Shown here piece by piece: positions 9,005 through 18,516 of a stretch of 64,000 bases of DNA. This DNA is from Eubacteriales bacterium (lineage in GTDB: Bacteria > Bacillota > Clostridia > Oscillospirales > QAKW01): contig JAZQET010000061.1 in the NCBI GenBank assembly GCA_045539135.1, positions 1,032-65,031 of the forward strand. Reading direction: 5' to 3'. Made by a program: the position numbers and the translations under genes. Position 1 is the first letter of the stretch. The number at the start of each line of letters is the position of its first letter. Below the pieces are notes generated by a model that was not told the DNA's origin, searched no databases, and saw only the letters and a list, made by a program, of their open reading frames with translations.

Positions 9005-9697
9005 ATGAAAAAAATCATTCGCACCATGACGCTGACGCTGTGTTTGCTGTTCACCATACTTTCTTTTTCCGCCTGTCAAACAAAGGAACCGATGACAGAA
9101 GACCCCAAGGACACCGCTCCGCCCACTGTTTCTCAAGAACCCACCTTACCGGAGGATGAGGGCGCGCGGGATACAGAAGGGGACCCTCGACTGGAGCGAG
9201 CCTATGATGCCAGACTCTACAGTATTAACAGTTCGTTGCTTCAATACATTCAAGAAAACAACAAAGAGATCGACCTGAACGGTTGGTTGCAGGCAGAAAG
9301 CGAAAAAACCAAGCAATTAAAATACGGCATCTCCGCACCGGAGGAAGTGCCCTCTTTGCTTTCGGTGATCAAGGAATTTCGCATTCCGCGATCGGCCTTT
9401 GAAGCCATCAATGATGATATGATCGCCGGTTATGAAAAAAGAGAAGGCGGGGGACAAGCCCTAATCGCACAACACTGCTACACCAAAGAGGAGATCGATG
9501 CCCTTTATTCCGAGGATCCCTCCCGCATCACCGAGGCTTTTGCTGCGGAATATGCCGTTGTTGCCAACGGAAAAGCCTATGCCCCCAACTTTTATCTCTA
9601 CGCTACGGAAGAAGAATTGAACACCCACGGCATTTCCGCGGCGCAGATCAAGACCCAAAAAGACCGCTTGCTTTCGGATAAAGTTCTTTCCGAATAG
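9005..9697 (+). CDS. Hypothetical lipoprotein
   Basis: MKKIIRTMTLTLCLLFTILSFSAC is a signal peptide plus lipobox. GGAGAA RBS precedes ATG 9005 (the ORF track starts earlier, at 8972). I recognise no family. Confidence 0.7.
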   Translation: MKKIIRTMTLTLCLLFTILSFSACQTKEPMTEDPKDTAPPTVSQEPTLPEDEGARDTEGDPRLERAYDARLYSINSSLLQYIQENNKEIDLNGWLQAESEKTKQLKYGISAPEEVPSLLSVIKEFRIPRSAFEAINDDMIAGYEKREGGGQALIAQHCYTKEEIDALYSEDPSRITEAFAAEYAVVANGKAYAPNFYLYATEEELNTHGISAAQIKTQKDRLLSDKVLSE

Positions 9698-9874
9698 AGT
9701 GAGTTCATTCGAACCGAAACTGCCTTTTGGCAGGCCTCTTCGGCGATTTTCGGCGCGCTTTCAGGCGCCTTGCGCCATGCTCCTAAAGAACACAAAGCAA
9801 TGAATTGCCATGAGGCGTGAATTGGCTCACGCCATGATTTGCACCGTCGGTGCATGAATTGCCTGCAGCATTAT

Positions 9875-9915
9875 AAAAAGGACAGAGAATGTTTGACATT
9901 CTCTGTCCTTTTTTT
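9875..9915. terminator. Bidirectional terminator (lipoprotein gene / jag)
   Basis: AAAAAGGACAGAGAATG-TTTGA-CATTCTCTGTCCTTTTTTT, with an A-tract and a T-tract flanking a 12-bp stem. Confidence 0.8.
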
Positions 9916-9933
9916 GCAATCATATTGCGTTTT

Positions 9934-10737
9934 TTACTTCTTATAACTGACCACGACCCGTCTCTTGGGCTCGGAGCCAACAGAGAAGGTGGTGATATGG
10001 TTCTTGCCGGTGAGGGCGGCGTGGATGATGCGGCGCTCATAGGGGCTCATGGGCTCCATAGTGATGTTTCTCTTATACTTCAGCGCCTTTTCCGCATTGC
10101 GCTCTGCCAAGCTCTGCAGAGTGCGGATCCGCTTTGCGCGGTAGTTTTCGGTATCAATGGTCACCCGCAGCTTATCGCCGCTTTTGCCCTTATTGAGCAC
10201 CAAGCCGCAAAGATACTGAGCAGCGTCCAAGGTCTCGCCCCGTCTGCCGATCAGCACGCCCATTTTGGCACCGCTGACTTCCGCGTAATAATGACCGTCT
10301 TCGCCCAGCTCAACCTTCACTGCGCTGTCTTCCTCGGCACCGATGTGCACCAAAAGACCGCTGATGAATTCGATGATCTTTTTGGAGTTCTCATCATCCA
10401 CAGGGCTCTTCTGAACCTCTTCAAAAAGAGGTGCAGCGGGTTCTTTCTTCTCAACGGGTTCTTTCTTGGGAGATTCCTTTTTTGCCTTTTTAGAGAGTTT
10501 TTCAGGCTCCCAGGCAGGAATCTTCACTTCCTTCTTGGGGGCGGCAGGCTTCTCATCGGGCATTTCCACCTCCACACGGATCTTGGCGGGGGTAGCACCG
10601 ATGCCGAAGATGCCCTTAGAGGGGGTCTCTTCCACCGTATAGATCAAAAGATCTTTATCTTCGCCCAGCTCAGCTGCTGCAGTTTCCACAGCCGCTTCGA
10701 TGGTCTTTCCTTCAAAAAATAATTCTTTGATTGCCAT
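9934..10737 (-). CDS. jag: Jag/KhpB (SpoIIIJ-associated, KH + R3H RNA-binding protein)
   Basis: 267 aa. The Jag_N start is MAIKELFFEGKTIEAAVETAAAELG, followed by a Lys/Glu linker and C-terminal KH/R3H (MSPYERRIIHAAL). Conserved position after yidC. Confidence 0.9.
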   Translation of the reverse strand: MAIKELFFEGKTIEAAVETAAAELGEDKDLLIYTVEETPSKGIFGIGATPAKIRVEVEMPDEKPAAPKKEVKIPAWEPEKLSKKAKKESPKKEPVEKKEPAAPLFEEVQKSPVDDENSKKIIEFISGLLVHIGAEEDSAVKVELGEDGHYYAEVSGAKMGVLIGRRGETLDAAQYLCGLVLNKGKSGDKLRVTIDTENYRAKRIRTLQSLAERNAEKALKYKRNITMEPMSPYERRIIHAALTGKNHITTFSVGSEPKRRVVVSYKK

Positions 10738-10755
10738 AATTTATTTTATTTCCTC

Positions 10756-11718
10756 TTATTTCTTTTTCTTGGAAGCGGCAATGGCGGCTGCTTTTTTGGC
10801 GGCGGCTGCACTGCGCTTTTCTTTCTTGATTTCTTTTTCTCGCTCCATCTTTGCTTCCACTTCTGCCAAGACCTTTTTGGGGTCATACATCTTATGGAGG
10901 ATCAGGGTCTGGGCGATCCCCAAAATGTTACCGATGATCCAGTAGAAGCCCAAAGCACAGTTCAGGCTGTAGCAGAAGAACACGGTGATGATGGGCATCA
11001 TATAGGTCATCATCTTATTGGAGCCCTGCATGGAAGGATCCTGCTGCACCGCATTCAGCTTTTGGGAGATCCAAGAGAGCAGAATACCGGTGATACCCGC
11101 AAAAATGGGGATCAACAGCATCCAAGAGAAGAAATCCTGATTGGGAGTACCGTTCAGGTCGATAATACCCAGAAGATTATTGCCGGGAATGTTAAATTTA
11201 TCGCCTGCCGCCTGCATGATCTGCAATTCATAATTGCTGATGGTATTCACCGAAGCACCGGAAGCGATCTTGTCCATCACCTTTTGAAGGGCATCAGGTA
11301 GATTTTCCAAGGTCAGCGCGATATCATAGATCCGCTGAGCGGTGTTTTTGGTGAACAGTTCTCCGTAATAAACAAAGGTAATGGGATGGCGCACAATGGA
11401 ATACACAATATAGATCAAGGGCAACTGGATCAGCAAGGGCAGGCAGCTGCTCATGGGGTTATAGCCTTCCCGCTGATAGAGGTTTTGCAGTTCCATATTG
11501 TATTTTTCCCGATTATTGCCGTATTTTTTGGCAAGGGCTTCCTGATAGGGGCGCAGACGCACCATATTCAGGGTATTTTTTTGCTGTTTCATCGCCAGGG
11601 GGAAGACCACCAGTCTTGCCACCACTGCATACAGCATCAATGCCAGCGCATAATTGTTGAACAGCTTCATAAAAAACTGCATAATGGCGGCAAAGGGGAC
11701 AATGAGATAATCCCACAT
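10756..11718 (-). CDS. yidC: Membrane protein insertase YidC/SpoIIIJ
   Basis: 320 aa with a 60-kDa-IMP core (NPMSSCLPLLIQLPL) and a basic C-terminal tail. Confidence 0.93.
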   Translation of the reverse strand: MWDYLIVPFAAIMQFFMKLFNNYALALMLYAVVARLVVFPLAMKQQKNTLNMVRLRPYQEALAKKYGNNREKYNMELQNLYQREGYNPMSSCLPLLIQLPLIYIVYSIVRHPITFVYYGELFTKNTAQRIYDIALTLENLPDALQKVMDKIASGASVNTISNYELQIMQAAGDKFNIPGNNLLGIIDLNGTPNQDFFSWMLLIPIFAGITGILLSWISQKLNAVQQDPSMQGSNKMMTYMMPIITVFFCYSLNCALGFYWIIGNILGIAQTLILHKMYDPKKVLAEVEAKMEREKEIKKEKRSAAAAKKAAAIAASKKKK

Positions 11719-11720
11719 AG

Positions 11721-11978
11721 TTATTTTCTCCTTTTATATAATTGCTCCCGTTCCGGAACGGGGTCATACCCACCCTTCGACCAAGGATGACAGCGCAAAA
11801 TGCGCCATAAAGCCAATCCTCCGCCGATCAGGATCCCGAACCGCTCAATGGCGGTGCAGGCATAGGCGGAGCAGGTGGGGTAAAATTTGCATCGGGCAGG
11901 AAAGAGAGGGGAAATCCATTTTTGGTAAGCACGTATGGGCAAGATCCATACCGCCCGTAACCTTTTGCGGATGCTCAC
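11721..11978 (-). CDS. yidD: Membrane protein insertion efficiency factor YidD
   Basis: Contains [32 protein letters not shown], the YidD signature. I place the start at GTG 11978, overlapping the rnpA stop (GTGA). The longer track ORF (to 12080) overlaps rnpA and is unlikely. Confidence 0.8.
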   Translation of the reverse strand: MSIRKRLRAVWILPIRAYQKWISPLFPARCKFYPTCSAYACTAIERFGILIGGGLALWRILRCHPWSKGGYDPVPEREQLYKRRK

Positions 11979-12292
11979 GCCGAAAAGGTCTCCCGAAAAA
12001 TTCGTTCTATCTCGGTGCTTTTGCAATGAAGACACCGACTGCGGGCAACAACCACAATATCCATCCCCGCGGGCAGGCACTCAAAGGCTGCCGCCGCCCC
12101 CGCACGGATAATGCGGCGGATGCGGTTGCGGTCGGGGGAATTTCCGATCTTTTTACTGACGGTGATCCCAAGGCGGGTGACCCCCCTTTGGTTTTTGCGC
12201 CAATAAAGGACCATCTTATCGGTCACGCGGGACTTTCCCCTGTGGTAGGCTCTCCTGAAATTTACATTTTCCTTAACACTTTCGATTTTCAT
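11975..12292 (-). CDS. rnpA: Ribonuclease P protein component
   Basis: 105 aa, basic, with the RNR-like motif [17 protein letters not shown]. Conserved rpmH-rnpA-yidD-yidC order. Confidence 0.92.
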   Translation of the reverse strand: MKIESVKENVNFRRAYHRGKSRVTDKMVLYWRKNQRGVTRLGITVSKKIGNSPDRNRIRRIIRAGAAAAFECLPAGMDIVVVARSRCLHCKSTEIERIFRETFSA

Positions 12293-12357
12293 TCATCTAC
12301 CCGAAGCTCGCTCTTCAAACAAAAAGGGTCACAATATTTGCTTGTGACCCCTCGTTA

Positions 12358-12492
12358 TTAGTGCGATAATCTTTTTCTACCTTTTGCTCTTCTTCTTGCC
12401 AAAACTTTGCGTCCGTTGGCGGTCAGCATTCTTTTTCTGAAGCCGTGAACTTTGCTTCTCTGTCTCTTCTTAGGCTGATAAGTCCGAACCAT
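12358..12492 (-). CDS. rpmH: 50S ribosomal protein L34
   Basis: Too short for the ORF track. Reverse translation gives [44 protein letters not shown] (44 aa), the L34 consensus. Confidence 0.95.
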   Translation of the reverse strand: MVRTYQPKKRQRSKVHGFRKRMLTANGRKVLARRRAKGRKRLSH

Positions 12493-12572
12493 TTTCCGAT
12501 CCTCCTTTTTGATGAATTCCCTTATTGCAAACGGGAATATTTCTCGTAATTATAATTTTTGAGCAAAATACA

Positions 12573-12600
12573 TTATAGTAAAGTAAACATAATTTGTCAA
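12573..12600 (-). promoter_or_regulatory. Near-consensus sigma-A promoter of rpmH
   Basis: The minus strand reads TTGACA (12600-12595), a 16-nt spacer, then TATAAT (12578-12573), about 80 nt upstream of the rpmH ATG. Confidence 0.7.
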
Positions 12601-12611
12601 CAAAAACTTTA

Positions 12612-13994
12612 TTAAAATTCGAGGCTTTTGCGAATAAAGTCGTTCAGCTCCTCGATTTTGACCCGCTTTTGGTCCATGGTATCGCGGAAACGGATGGTTA
12701 CGCAACCGTCCTCTTCACTCTCAAAGTCATAGCAGATGGAGAAGGGAGTACCGATCTCATCCTGACGGCGATAGCGCTTACCGATGGAGCCTGCATCGTC
12801 GAATTCCACATTAAATTCCTTGCAAAGGGGAGCATAAACCTTTTCCATCGCCGCCTGAGACAGCTTTTTGGACAAGGGCAGGATGGCGGCCTTCACAGGT
12901 GCCAAAGCGGGGTGCAGTCTCAACACGGTGCGCACATCGTTCTTCTCTGCATCCAGCACTTCCTCATCATAAGCCTCGCAAAGGAATGCCAGCAACACAC
13001 GGTCGGCACCCAAGGAGGGCTCCACCACATAAGGAATATAGTGCTCATTGGTCTCGGGGTCAAAATACTCCAGACTCTTACCGCTGGCCTCCTGATGGCG
13101 GCCAAGGTCATAATTGGTACGGTCGGCAATGCCCCAAAGCTCGCCCCAACCGAAGGGGAACATAAATTCAATATCGGTGGTTGCTTTGGAATAGAAAGAA
13201 AGCTCTTCCTTCTCATGGTCGCGCATCCGGATGTTTTCTTCCTTCATCCCCAGATCCAAAAGGAACTTCTTGCAGTAATCTTTCCAATAATAGAACCAAT
13301 CCAGATCGGTATCGGGCTTGCAGAAGAATTCACACTCCATCTGCTCGAACTCTCTGGTACGGAACACAAAGTTACCGGGGGTAATTTCATTACGGAAGGA
13401 TTTACCGATCTGGCAAACACCGAAGGGAAGCTTTTTACGGGTGGTTCTTTGAATGTTGGCATAGTTCACGAAGATGCCCTGCGCCGTTTCGGGGCGGAGG
13501 TACACTTCGTTTTTGGCATCCTCGGTCACCCCGATGAAGGTCTTGAACATCAGGTTGAACTTGCGGATGTCGGTAAAGTTCTTACTGCCGCAATCGGGGC
13601 AGGCGATGTCATTCTCTTTGATGTATTCCTGCATCTGCTCGAAGGTCATCCCCTCGGCCTTGCCGCCCACATCCTCGATCAGCTTATCGGCACGGTGACG
13701 GGCGTGGCAATCCTTACAATCCATCAAAGGATCGGAAAAGCCGCCCACATGGCCGCTGGTTACCCAGGTTTCGGGGTTCATAATGATGGCGGAATCCAAC
13801 CCTACATTATAGGGAGACTCCTGCACAAATTTCTTCCACCAGGCTTTTTTTACATTGTTTTTAAACTCCACACCCAAAGGACCGTAATCCCAAGAGTTGG
13901 CAAGTCCGCCGTAGATCTCACTGCCCGCATAAACAAAGCCGCGGTTTTTGCAAAGATTTACGATCTGTTCCATGGTTTTTTCCGTATTTTTCAT
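12612..13994 (-). CDS. glyQS: Glycine--tRNA ligase (alpha2 homodimeric type)
   Basis: 460 aa. Starts [41 protein letters not shown] and contains [21 protein letters not shown], class II aaRS motifs of GlyQS. Confidence 0.96.
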   Translation of the reverse strand: MKNTEKTMEQIVNLCKNRGFVYAGSEIYGGLANSWDYGPLGVEFKNNVKKAWWKKFVQESPYNVGLDSAIIMNPETWVTSGHVGGFSDPLMDCKDCHARHRADKLIEDVGGKAEGMTFEQMQEYIKENDIACPDCGSKNFTDIRKFNLMFKTFIGVTEDAKNEVYLRPETAQGIFVNYANIQRTTRKKLPFGVCQIGKSFRNEITPGNFVFRTREFEQMECEFFCKPDTDLDWFYYWKDYCKKFLLDLGMKEENIRMRDHEKEELSFYSKATTDIEFMFPFGWGELWGIADRTNYDLGRHQEASGKSLEYFDPETNEHYIPYVVEPSLGADRVLLAFLCEAYDEEVLDAEKNDVRTVLRLHPALAPVKAAILPLSKKLSQAAMEKVYAPLCKEFNVEFDDAGSIGKRYRRQDEIGTPFSICYDFESEEDGCVTIRFRDTMDQKRVKIEELNDFIRKSLEF

Positions 13995-14201
13995 AATTGA
14001 ACCCTCCGTTTTTTTCTAAAAATTTATTATATATCCATTCTCCTTTCTTGTCAACCTTAAAAATTATTCATAAATTTAAACTATATTTAAAGTATTACTT
14101 ATAATATATAAAATAATTATTGCATTTATCAACAGGTTATGGTATGATATCTGTGTATAATTTTACTTTTAAGGCAAAAAGAGAAAAGAAAGGGGAAAAT
14201 C
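13995..14201. promoter_or_regulatory. AT-rich dnaA upstream region: candidate oriC half with the dnaA promoter
   Basis: Very AT-rich 207 bp. TTGCAT (14120-14125), 17 nt, then TATGAT (14143-14148). One-mismatch DnaA boxes are TTATCAACA (14126-14134, inside the spacer) and TGTGTATAA (14152-14160). Confidence 0.55.
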
Positions 14202-15566
14202 ATGCAATCATTTAAGGATGTTTGGGATCGGGCGCTGGTCATTTTGCAAAATGAACTGAACAGTATCTCTTATGAGAGCTGGATCAAGCTGCTGATTCCG
14301 ATGAAGATGGAAAACGATGTTGCTTATTTCTGCGTCTCAACTTTATTTCAAAAAAGCATCATCGATAAAAAATATAAGCAGAATATCGAAAAAGCAATCT
14401 CCGACACCATGGGTTTTGATGTTGCCATTAAGGTGATGACCGAGGATGAGGTTCCTCCCCGTTTTCAGGAGATCACCCAAAAGAAAAACGAAGAGTTTAA
14501 CAGCACCATCTCCCTGATCGAAGAAGATCATGTGCGGGCATTCAATGCCAAAAGCAACCTGACCTTTGAAAACTTTGTGGTGGGCAAGGAAAATGAATTT
14601 GCCCATGCGGCAGCCCTTGCCATTGCCAATAATCCGGCCGATGCCTATAACCCGTTTTTCTTATACGGGCACAGCGGTTTGGGAAAAACCCACCTGATCA
14701 ACGCCATCGCCAATAAAATTAAAGAAAATAACCCCGATTGCGTGATCATGTATACCAAGGGCGATGAATTTACCAGCGAGCTGATCGATGCCATTCAGCA
14801 TCAAACCCAGCGGCAGTTTAAGAATAAGTACCGTCAGGCAGACATTCTTTTGATGGATGACGTGCAGTTCTTAAGCGGGAAGCCTTCGGTGCAAGAAGAG
14901 ATGTTCCATACCTTCGATGCCCTGCACGAAAATAATAAACAGATCATCTTGACCTCCGACCGTCCTCCCAAAGAGATGGCTACCTTGGAGGAACGGTTGG
15001 TCTCCCGCTTTTCCAGCGGCCTGATCGCCGATGTGCAGCCCCCCGAATATGAGACCCGCGTTGCCATCATCAAGCGGAAAGCCGCCCTTTATAACCTGAA
15101 GATCCCCGATGAAGTGGTGGAGCTGATCGCCAAAAACATCAAAACCAATGTGCGGGAGCTGGAGGGTACCATCAAAAAGCTCAAAGCTTATCATTCCCTT
15201 TGGGGACAAGCTCCTTCCTTGGCTCTTGCCAAAGATGCTATGGAAGCGGTGATCAAAGAAAACACCAGCACCACGGTTACCCCCGCCTCCATCATCGACC
15301 ATGTGGCAAGATACTTCAATATCTCGGTGGATCAACTTCTTTCCAATAAAAAGACCAATGAGATCGTGTTCCCCCGCCAGATGGCTATGTATATCATTCG
15401 GGAGACCACCAACCTCTCCCTGCCGGAGATCGGAAAGGAGATCGGCGGTAAAAATCATACCACCGTTCTTTATTCCATCCGCAAGCTGGAGGAGACCATG
15501 CGCAGTGATCCCAAGATCAAAAAGATCGCCGCAGAACTTATTGAAAACATCAAAAAATCTTATTAA
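14202..15566 (+). CDS. dnaA: Chromosomal replication initiator protein DnaA
   Basis: 454 aa with AAA+ Walker A GHSGLGKTHL, LLMDDVQF, and the domain IV helix-turn-helix near the C-terminus. Confidence 0.98.
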   Translation: MQSFKDVWDRALVILQNELNSISYESWIKLLIPMKMENDVAYFCVSTLFQKSIIDKKYKQNIEKAISDTMGFDVAIKVMTEDEVPPRFQEITQKKNEEFNSTISLIEEDHVRAFNAKSNLTFENFVVGKENEFAHAAALAIANNPADAYNPFFLYGHSGLGKTHLINAIANKIKENNPDCVIMYTKGDEFTSELIDAIQHQTQRQFKNKYRQADILLMDDVQFLSGKPSVQEEMFHTFDALHENNKQIILTSDRPPKEMATLEERLVSRFSSGLIADVQPPEYETRVAIIKRKAALYNLKIPDEVVELIAKNIKTNVRELEGTIKKLKAYHSLWGQAPSLALAKDAMEAVIKENTSTTVTPASIIDHVARYFNISVDQLLSNKKTNEIVFPRQMAMYIIRETTNLSLPEIGKEIGGKNHTTVLYSIRKLEETMRSDPKIKKIAAELIENIKKSY

Positions 15567-15784
15567 CAGATTTCTTGTTTATAAACAGCAAGTTTTCCAC
15601 AGAATCCACAGGTTTACCTGAGGTTCACATAATACTGTCTATGGTTTGTGTATTGTTTTTCGGAATTTCACATTCTTTGAAACAGGCGCAAAATAAGACC
15701 CTGCCTTGCTTTTCGGGGATCTGAACAGATTTCACAGACCAACAACAACTACTACAATAAAGATAGAACAGAAAGGAATTGCTT
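15567..15784. promoter_or_regulatory. dnaA-dnaN intergenic region: candidate oriC half (DnaA-box-like sites plus a trinucleotide tract)
   Basis: Adjacent TTTTCCACA (15593-15601) and GAATCCACA (15602-15610). ATTTCACA-type sites lie near 15665 and at 15728-15736. These are followed by GACC and AACAACAACTACTACAATAAAG (15741-15762). Confidence 0.5.
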
Positions 15785-16906
15785 ATGAAATTTTCCTGCG
15801 ACAGAACGATTTTAAATGAAATCAGTAACATTGTCCAAAAAGCAGCCAGTCCCAAATCCACCATTCCTGCTCTGGAAGGCATTTTGATCGAGGTTTGGGA
15901 AGGCGGAAAGATCGAGTTTACCGCTTATGACCTTTCTATCTCCATTTCTTATACCCTGCAAGAAGAGAATACCGAAAAGGGAAGAGTGATCCTTTCTTCC
16001 CGCCTGTTCGGCGAAATCATCCGTAAACTGCCTGCCGGTGAAGTAACGGTGGAGACCGATAATAAAACCTATCTCACCACCATTGATTCGGGCAATGCCC
16101 ACTTTACCATCACCGGTATGGACCCCGAAAACTTCCCCGAACTTCCCGATGTGCTGGGGCAAGACGGTGTGGTGCTTACCTATTCCGATTTCAAAACGAT
16201 GGTGCGCCAGACCATCTTTGCGGTCTCGGTCACCGATCTGAAGCCCATCCTGACCGGTGTTCTTTTTGAACTGAATCGGGAGGAGGGTACCGTCAGCGCC
16301 GTGGCGGTGGATAATTTCCGCCTTGCCATTCGGAAGGTTCCCTTTGTGCAGGTCAACGGCAACTTTAATAAAGTAGTCATTCCCTCCAGAGCCCTCAATG
16401 AGCTTTTGAAGATCTTGCCCGACAGTGAGACCGAGACCATTCAGATCTGCAACAGTAAAAACTTTGTTTCCTTCCGTTTCGGAGATGTGCAGATGGTCTC
16501 CCGCCTGCTGGAAGGTGAATTTTTGGATTATAAGGCGGCCTTGCCCAAGGCTTATAAATTCCGCGTGAAGGTCAATGTACGGGAATTTTCCAATGTGATC
16601 GAGCGGGCATCTTTGATGGCCAATGCTACCATTATCAGTCCCATTCGCTGTAACTTTGATTTTGACCGTATCGACATTACCACCGCTTCCAATCTGGGTA
16701 GCTTCGACGATTCCATCAATGTGGATCCCTTCTCCGATAAGATGGTGATCGGCTTCAATTATAAATATATGTTGGCGGCTCTGAACGCCTGCGACGATGA
16801 AGAGGTCTTTATCGAGCTGCAGTCCAATCTGGCACCCATCATTATTAAGCCTATGGAAAAAGAGGATTATCTCTTCTTGGTACTGCCTTTGCGGATGAAG
16901 GAATAA
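15785..16906 (+). CDS. dnaN: DNA polymerase III beta sliding clamp
   Basis: Starts MKFSCDRTILNEISNIVQKAAS, has three-domain length, and follows dnaA. ATG 15785 is preceded by AAAGGAA. Confidence 0.96.
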   Translation: MKFSCDRTILNEISNIVQKAASPKSTIPALEGILIEVWEGGKIEFTAYDLSISISYTLQEENTEKGRVILSSRLFGEIIRKLPAGEVTVETDNKTYLTTIDSGNAHFTITGMDPENFPELPDVLGQDGVVLTYSDFKTMVRQTIFAVSVTDLKPILTGVLFELNREEGTVSAVAVDNFRLAIRKVPFVQVNGNFNKVVIPSRALNELLKILPDSETETIQICNSKNFVSFRFGDVQMVSRLLEGEFLDYKAALPKAYKFRVKVNVREFSNVIERASLMANATIISPIRCNFDFDRIDITTASNLGSFDDSINVDPFSDKMVIGFNYKYMLAALNACDDEEVFIELQSNLAPIIIKPMEKEDYLFLVLPLRMKE

Positions 16907-16911
16907 AAAGA

Positions 16912-17121
16912 ATGAATAAGCTTGTTATTTACGATGAATATATCCGCCTTTGCGATGCCTTGAAATTTGCGGGCATCGCCGAAACGGGCGGTATTGCAAA
17001 GCTGATGATCTTGGACGGAGAAGTGACGGTCAACGGAGAGATTTGCCTGATGAAGGGCAAAAAGCTTTATCCCGAGGATGTGTTTGAGATCGACGGGCAG
17101 GCATTTAAGATCACCCGATGA
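16912..17121 (+). CDS. yaaA: S4-domain RNA-binding protein YaaA
   Basis: 69 aa. IRLCDALKFAGIAETGGIAKLMILDGEVTVNGE is an S4 fold. Conserved dnaN-yaaA-recF position. Confidence 0.85.
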   Translation: MNKLVIYDEYIRLCDALKFAGIAETGGIAKLMILDGEVTVNGEICLMKGKKLYPEDVFEIDGQAFKITR

Positions 17122-18260
17122 AGATCACCTGCCTGAAGCTTGAAAATTTCAGAAACTTTGAAGAAGAGACCTTCTCCTTTGTCGACGGCATTAATATCCT
17201 TGCGGGCAATAACGCGCAAGGAAAGACCAACTGCATCGAAGCCATCTATTTTTGCTCCTGCCTGAAAAGCTATCGCGTGTTAAAAGAGGAGCAGTTGATC
17301 CGCTTCGGGCAGTCGGAGGCTTCCATCACCTTGGATTTTCAGGTGGACGGCAGAGAAGAGCAGATGAAGGTGCTTTTTGCCAACGGTAAACCCAAGGAAT
17401 ACCGCTATAACGGTCTTGCCGTTTCTCGTCTAAGGGATCTTTTGGGGTGCTTTCATTCGGTGATCTTTACTCCCGATCACCTGAATCTGATCAAGGAAGG
17501 ACCCCATAAGCGAAGAACCTTTTTGGATATGGCTCTTTGCTCGCTGGATCTGAAATATACCGACCGCCTGCTGAACTATCAGAAGATCTTAAAAAACCGC
17601 AACGCATTGTTGCGGCAGTGCAAGGAAGATCCCCAAGCGGCGGAAATGCTGTTTGTGTGGGATGAAAAGCTGGCGGAGGAAGGGGCATATATTGCCAAAG
17701 CCCGCCAGCAGTATATTGCCGCCCTTTCGGAGATCGCCAAAGGCTTTTACGGGGAGATCGCCGCAAAGGAAGAAAAACTGAAGCTGATCTACTTAAATCA
17801 GTTTACCAAGGATGCGGTCAGCGAGGAAGAATACCGCCGCCTGATCCTTTCCCGCCTGCAAAAGATGCGGGAAACGGATATTGCCATGGGGCAAACGGTG
17901 AGCGGAGTGCATAAAGACGATATTTTGATTTTGCTTTCGGGCAAAAGTATGAAATATTTTGCTTCCCAAGGGCAGATCCGCTCGGCGGTGTTGGCGATGA
18001 AGCTGGCGGAGGCAGAATGCATCTTCCAAAAAACAGGGACCCAGCCGGTATTGCTTTTAGACGATATTCTTTCGGAACTGGATGCCAAGCGGCAAAAATT
18101 CATCTTCCGGCGGATGGAAGGCAGGCAGACAGTGCTCACCACCTGTGAGCTGGGAAAGATCCGTAAAAAAGGCGATAAAGTGTTCTTTATCAAAGAAGGA
18201 AAGGCGGTAAGGATCCGTGTACCTGCACTTAGGGCAAGAGGTGCTGATCAAGAAGGATGA
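17118..18260 (+). CDS. recF: DNA replication and repair protein RecF
   Basis: 380 aa with Walker A GNNAQGKTNCIEAI, the SMC-like signature SQGQIRSAVLAMKLAE and Walker B LLLDDILSELD. Confidence 0.95.
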   Translation: MKITCLKLENFRNFEEETFSFVDGINILAGNNAQGKTNCIEAIYFCSCLKSYRVLKEEQLIRFGQSEASITLDFQVDGREEQMKVLFANGKPKEYRYNGLAVSRLRDLLGCFHSVIFTPDHLNLIKEGPHKRRTFLDMALCSLDLKYTDRLLNYQKILKNRNALLRQCKEDPQAAEMLFVWDEKLAEEGAYIAKARQQYIAALSEIAKGFYGEIAAKEEKLKLIYLNQFTKDAVSEEEYRRLILSRLQKMRETDIAMGQTVSGVHKDDILILLSGKSMKYFASQGQIRSAVLAMKLAEAECIFQKTGTQPVLLLDDILSELDAKRQKFIFRRMEGRQTVLTTCELGKIRKKGDKVFFIKEGKAVRIRVPALRARGADQEG

Positions 18261-18486
18261 CATCATCGGCATCTTTGATATGGATAAAGCCACCGTCTCC
18301 AAGCGCACCCGAATGTTTCTGGCGCAAAAGGAGAAGGAGCAAAAAATCATTAATGTTGCAACCGATTTACCGAAATCTTTTATCCTTTGCGGAAAAGGAG
18401 AGGAAATTGTTGTATATATCTCGCAGATCTCGGCGCAAACGCTGCTGAAGCGCTGCAATTTCATTCAAAAACTATCTTATATTTAA
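18217..18486 (+). CDS. remB: DUF370 protein (RemB/YaaB-like)
   Basis: 89 aa with GQEVLIKKDDIIGIFDMDKATVSKRTRMFL. Typical small gene between recF and gyrB. Overlaps the recF 3' end by 44 nt. Confidence 0.8.
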   Translation: MYLHLGQEVLIKKDDIIGIFDMDKATVSKRTRMFLAQKEKEQKIINVATDLPKSFILCGKGEEIVVYISQISAQTLLKRCNFIQKLSYI

Positions 18487-18516
18487 GGATAAGTAGGATT
18501 TAGTAGGAGGAAAAAA

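Noticed and set aside
9795-9865. A cluster of four RTGAWTTGSC decamers (ATGAATTGCC, GTGAATTGGC, ATGATTTGCA, ATGAATTGCC) at ~17-19 bp spacing after the lipoprotein gene. It resembles the ATGAATTG centre of the array C palindrome.
   Set aside because: The units are too short and degenerate. The resemblance to array C is limited to 8 nt and lacks the CGCACAA/TTGTGCG arms. It is probably a set of small hairpins ahead of the terminator.
13995-14201. A T-box leader upstream of glyQS.
   Set aside because: Only 207 bp of extremely AT-rich sequence is shared with the dnaA promoter. There is no specifier loop, T-box sequence (AGGGTGGNACCGCG-like) or terminator/antiterminator.
18217-18260. The 44-nt overlap of recF and the DUF370 gene as a possible frameshift or fusion.
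   Set aside because: Both ORFs are complete with family-typical ends. Overlaps of this kind are common at this locus and may reflect a slightly later true start of the DUF370 gene.
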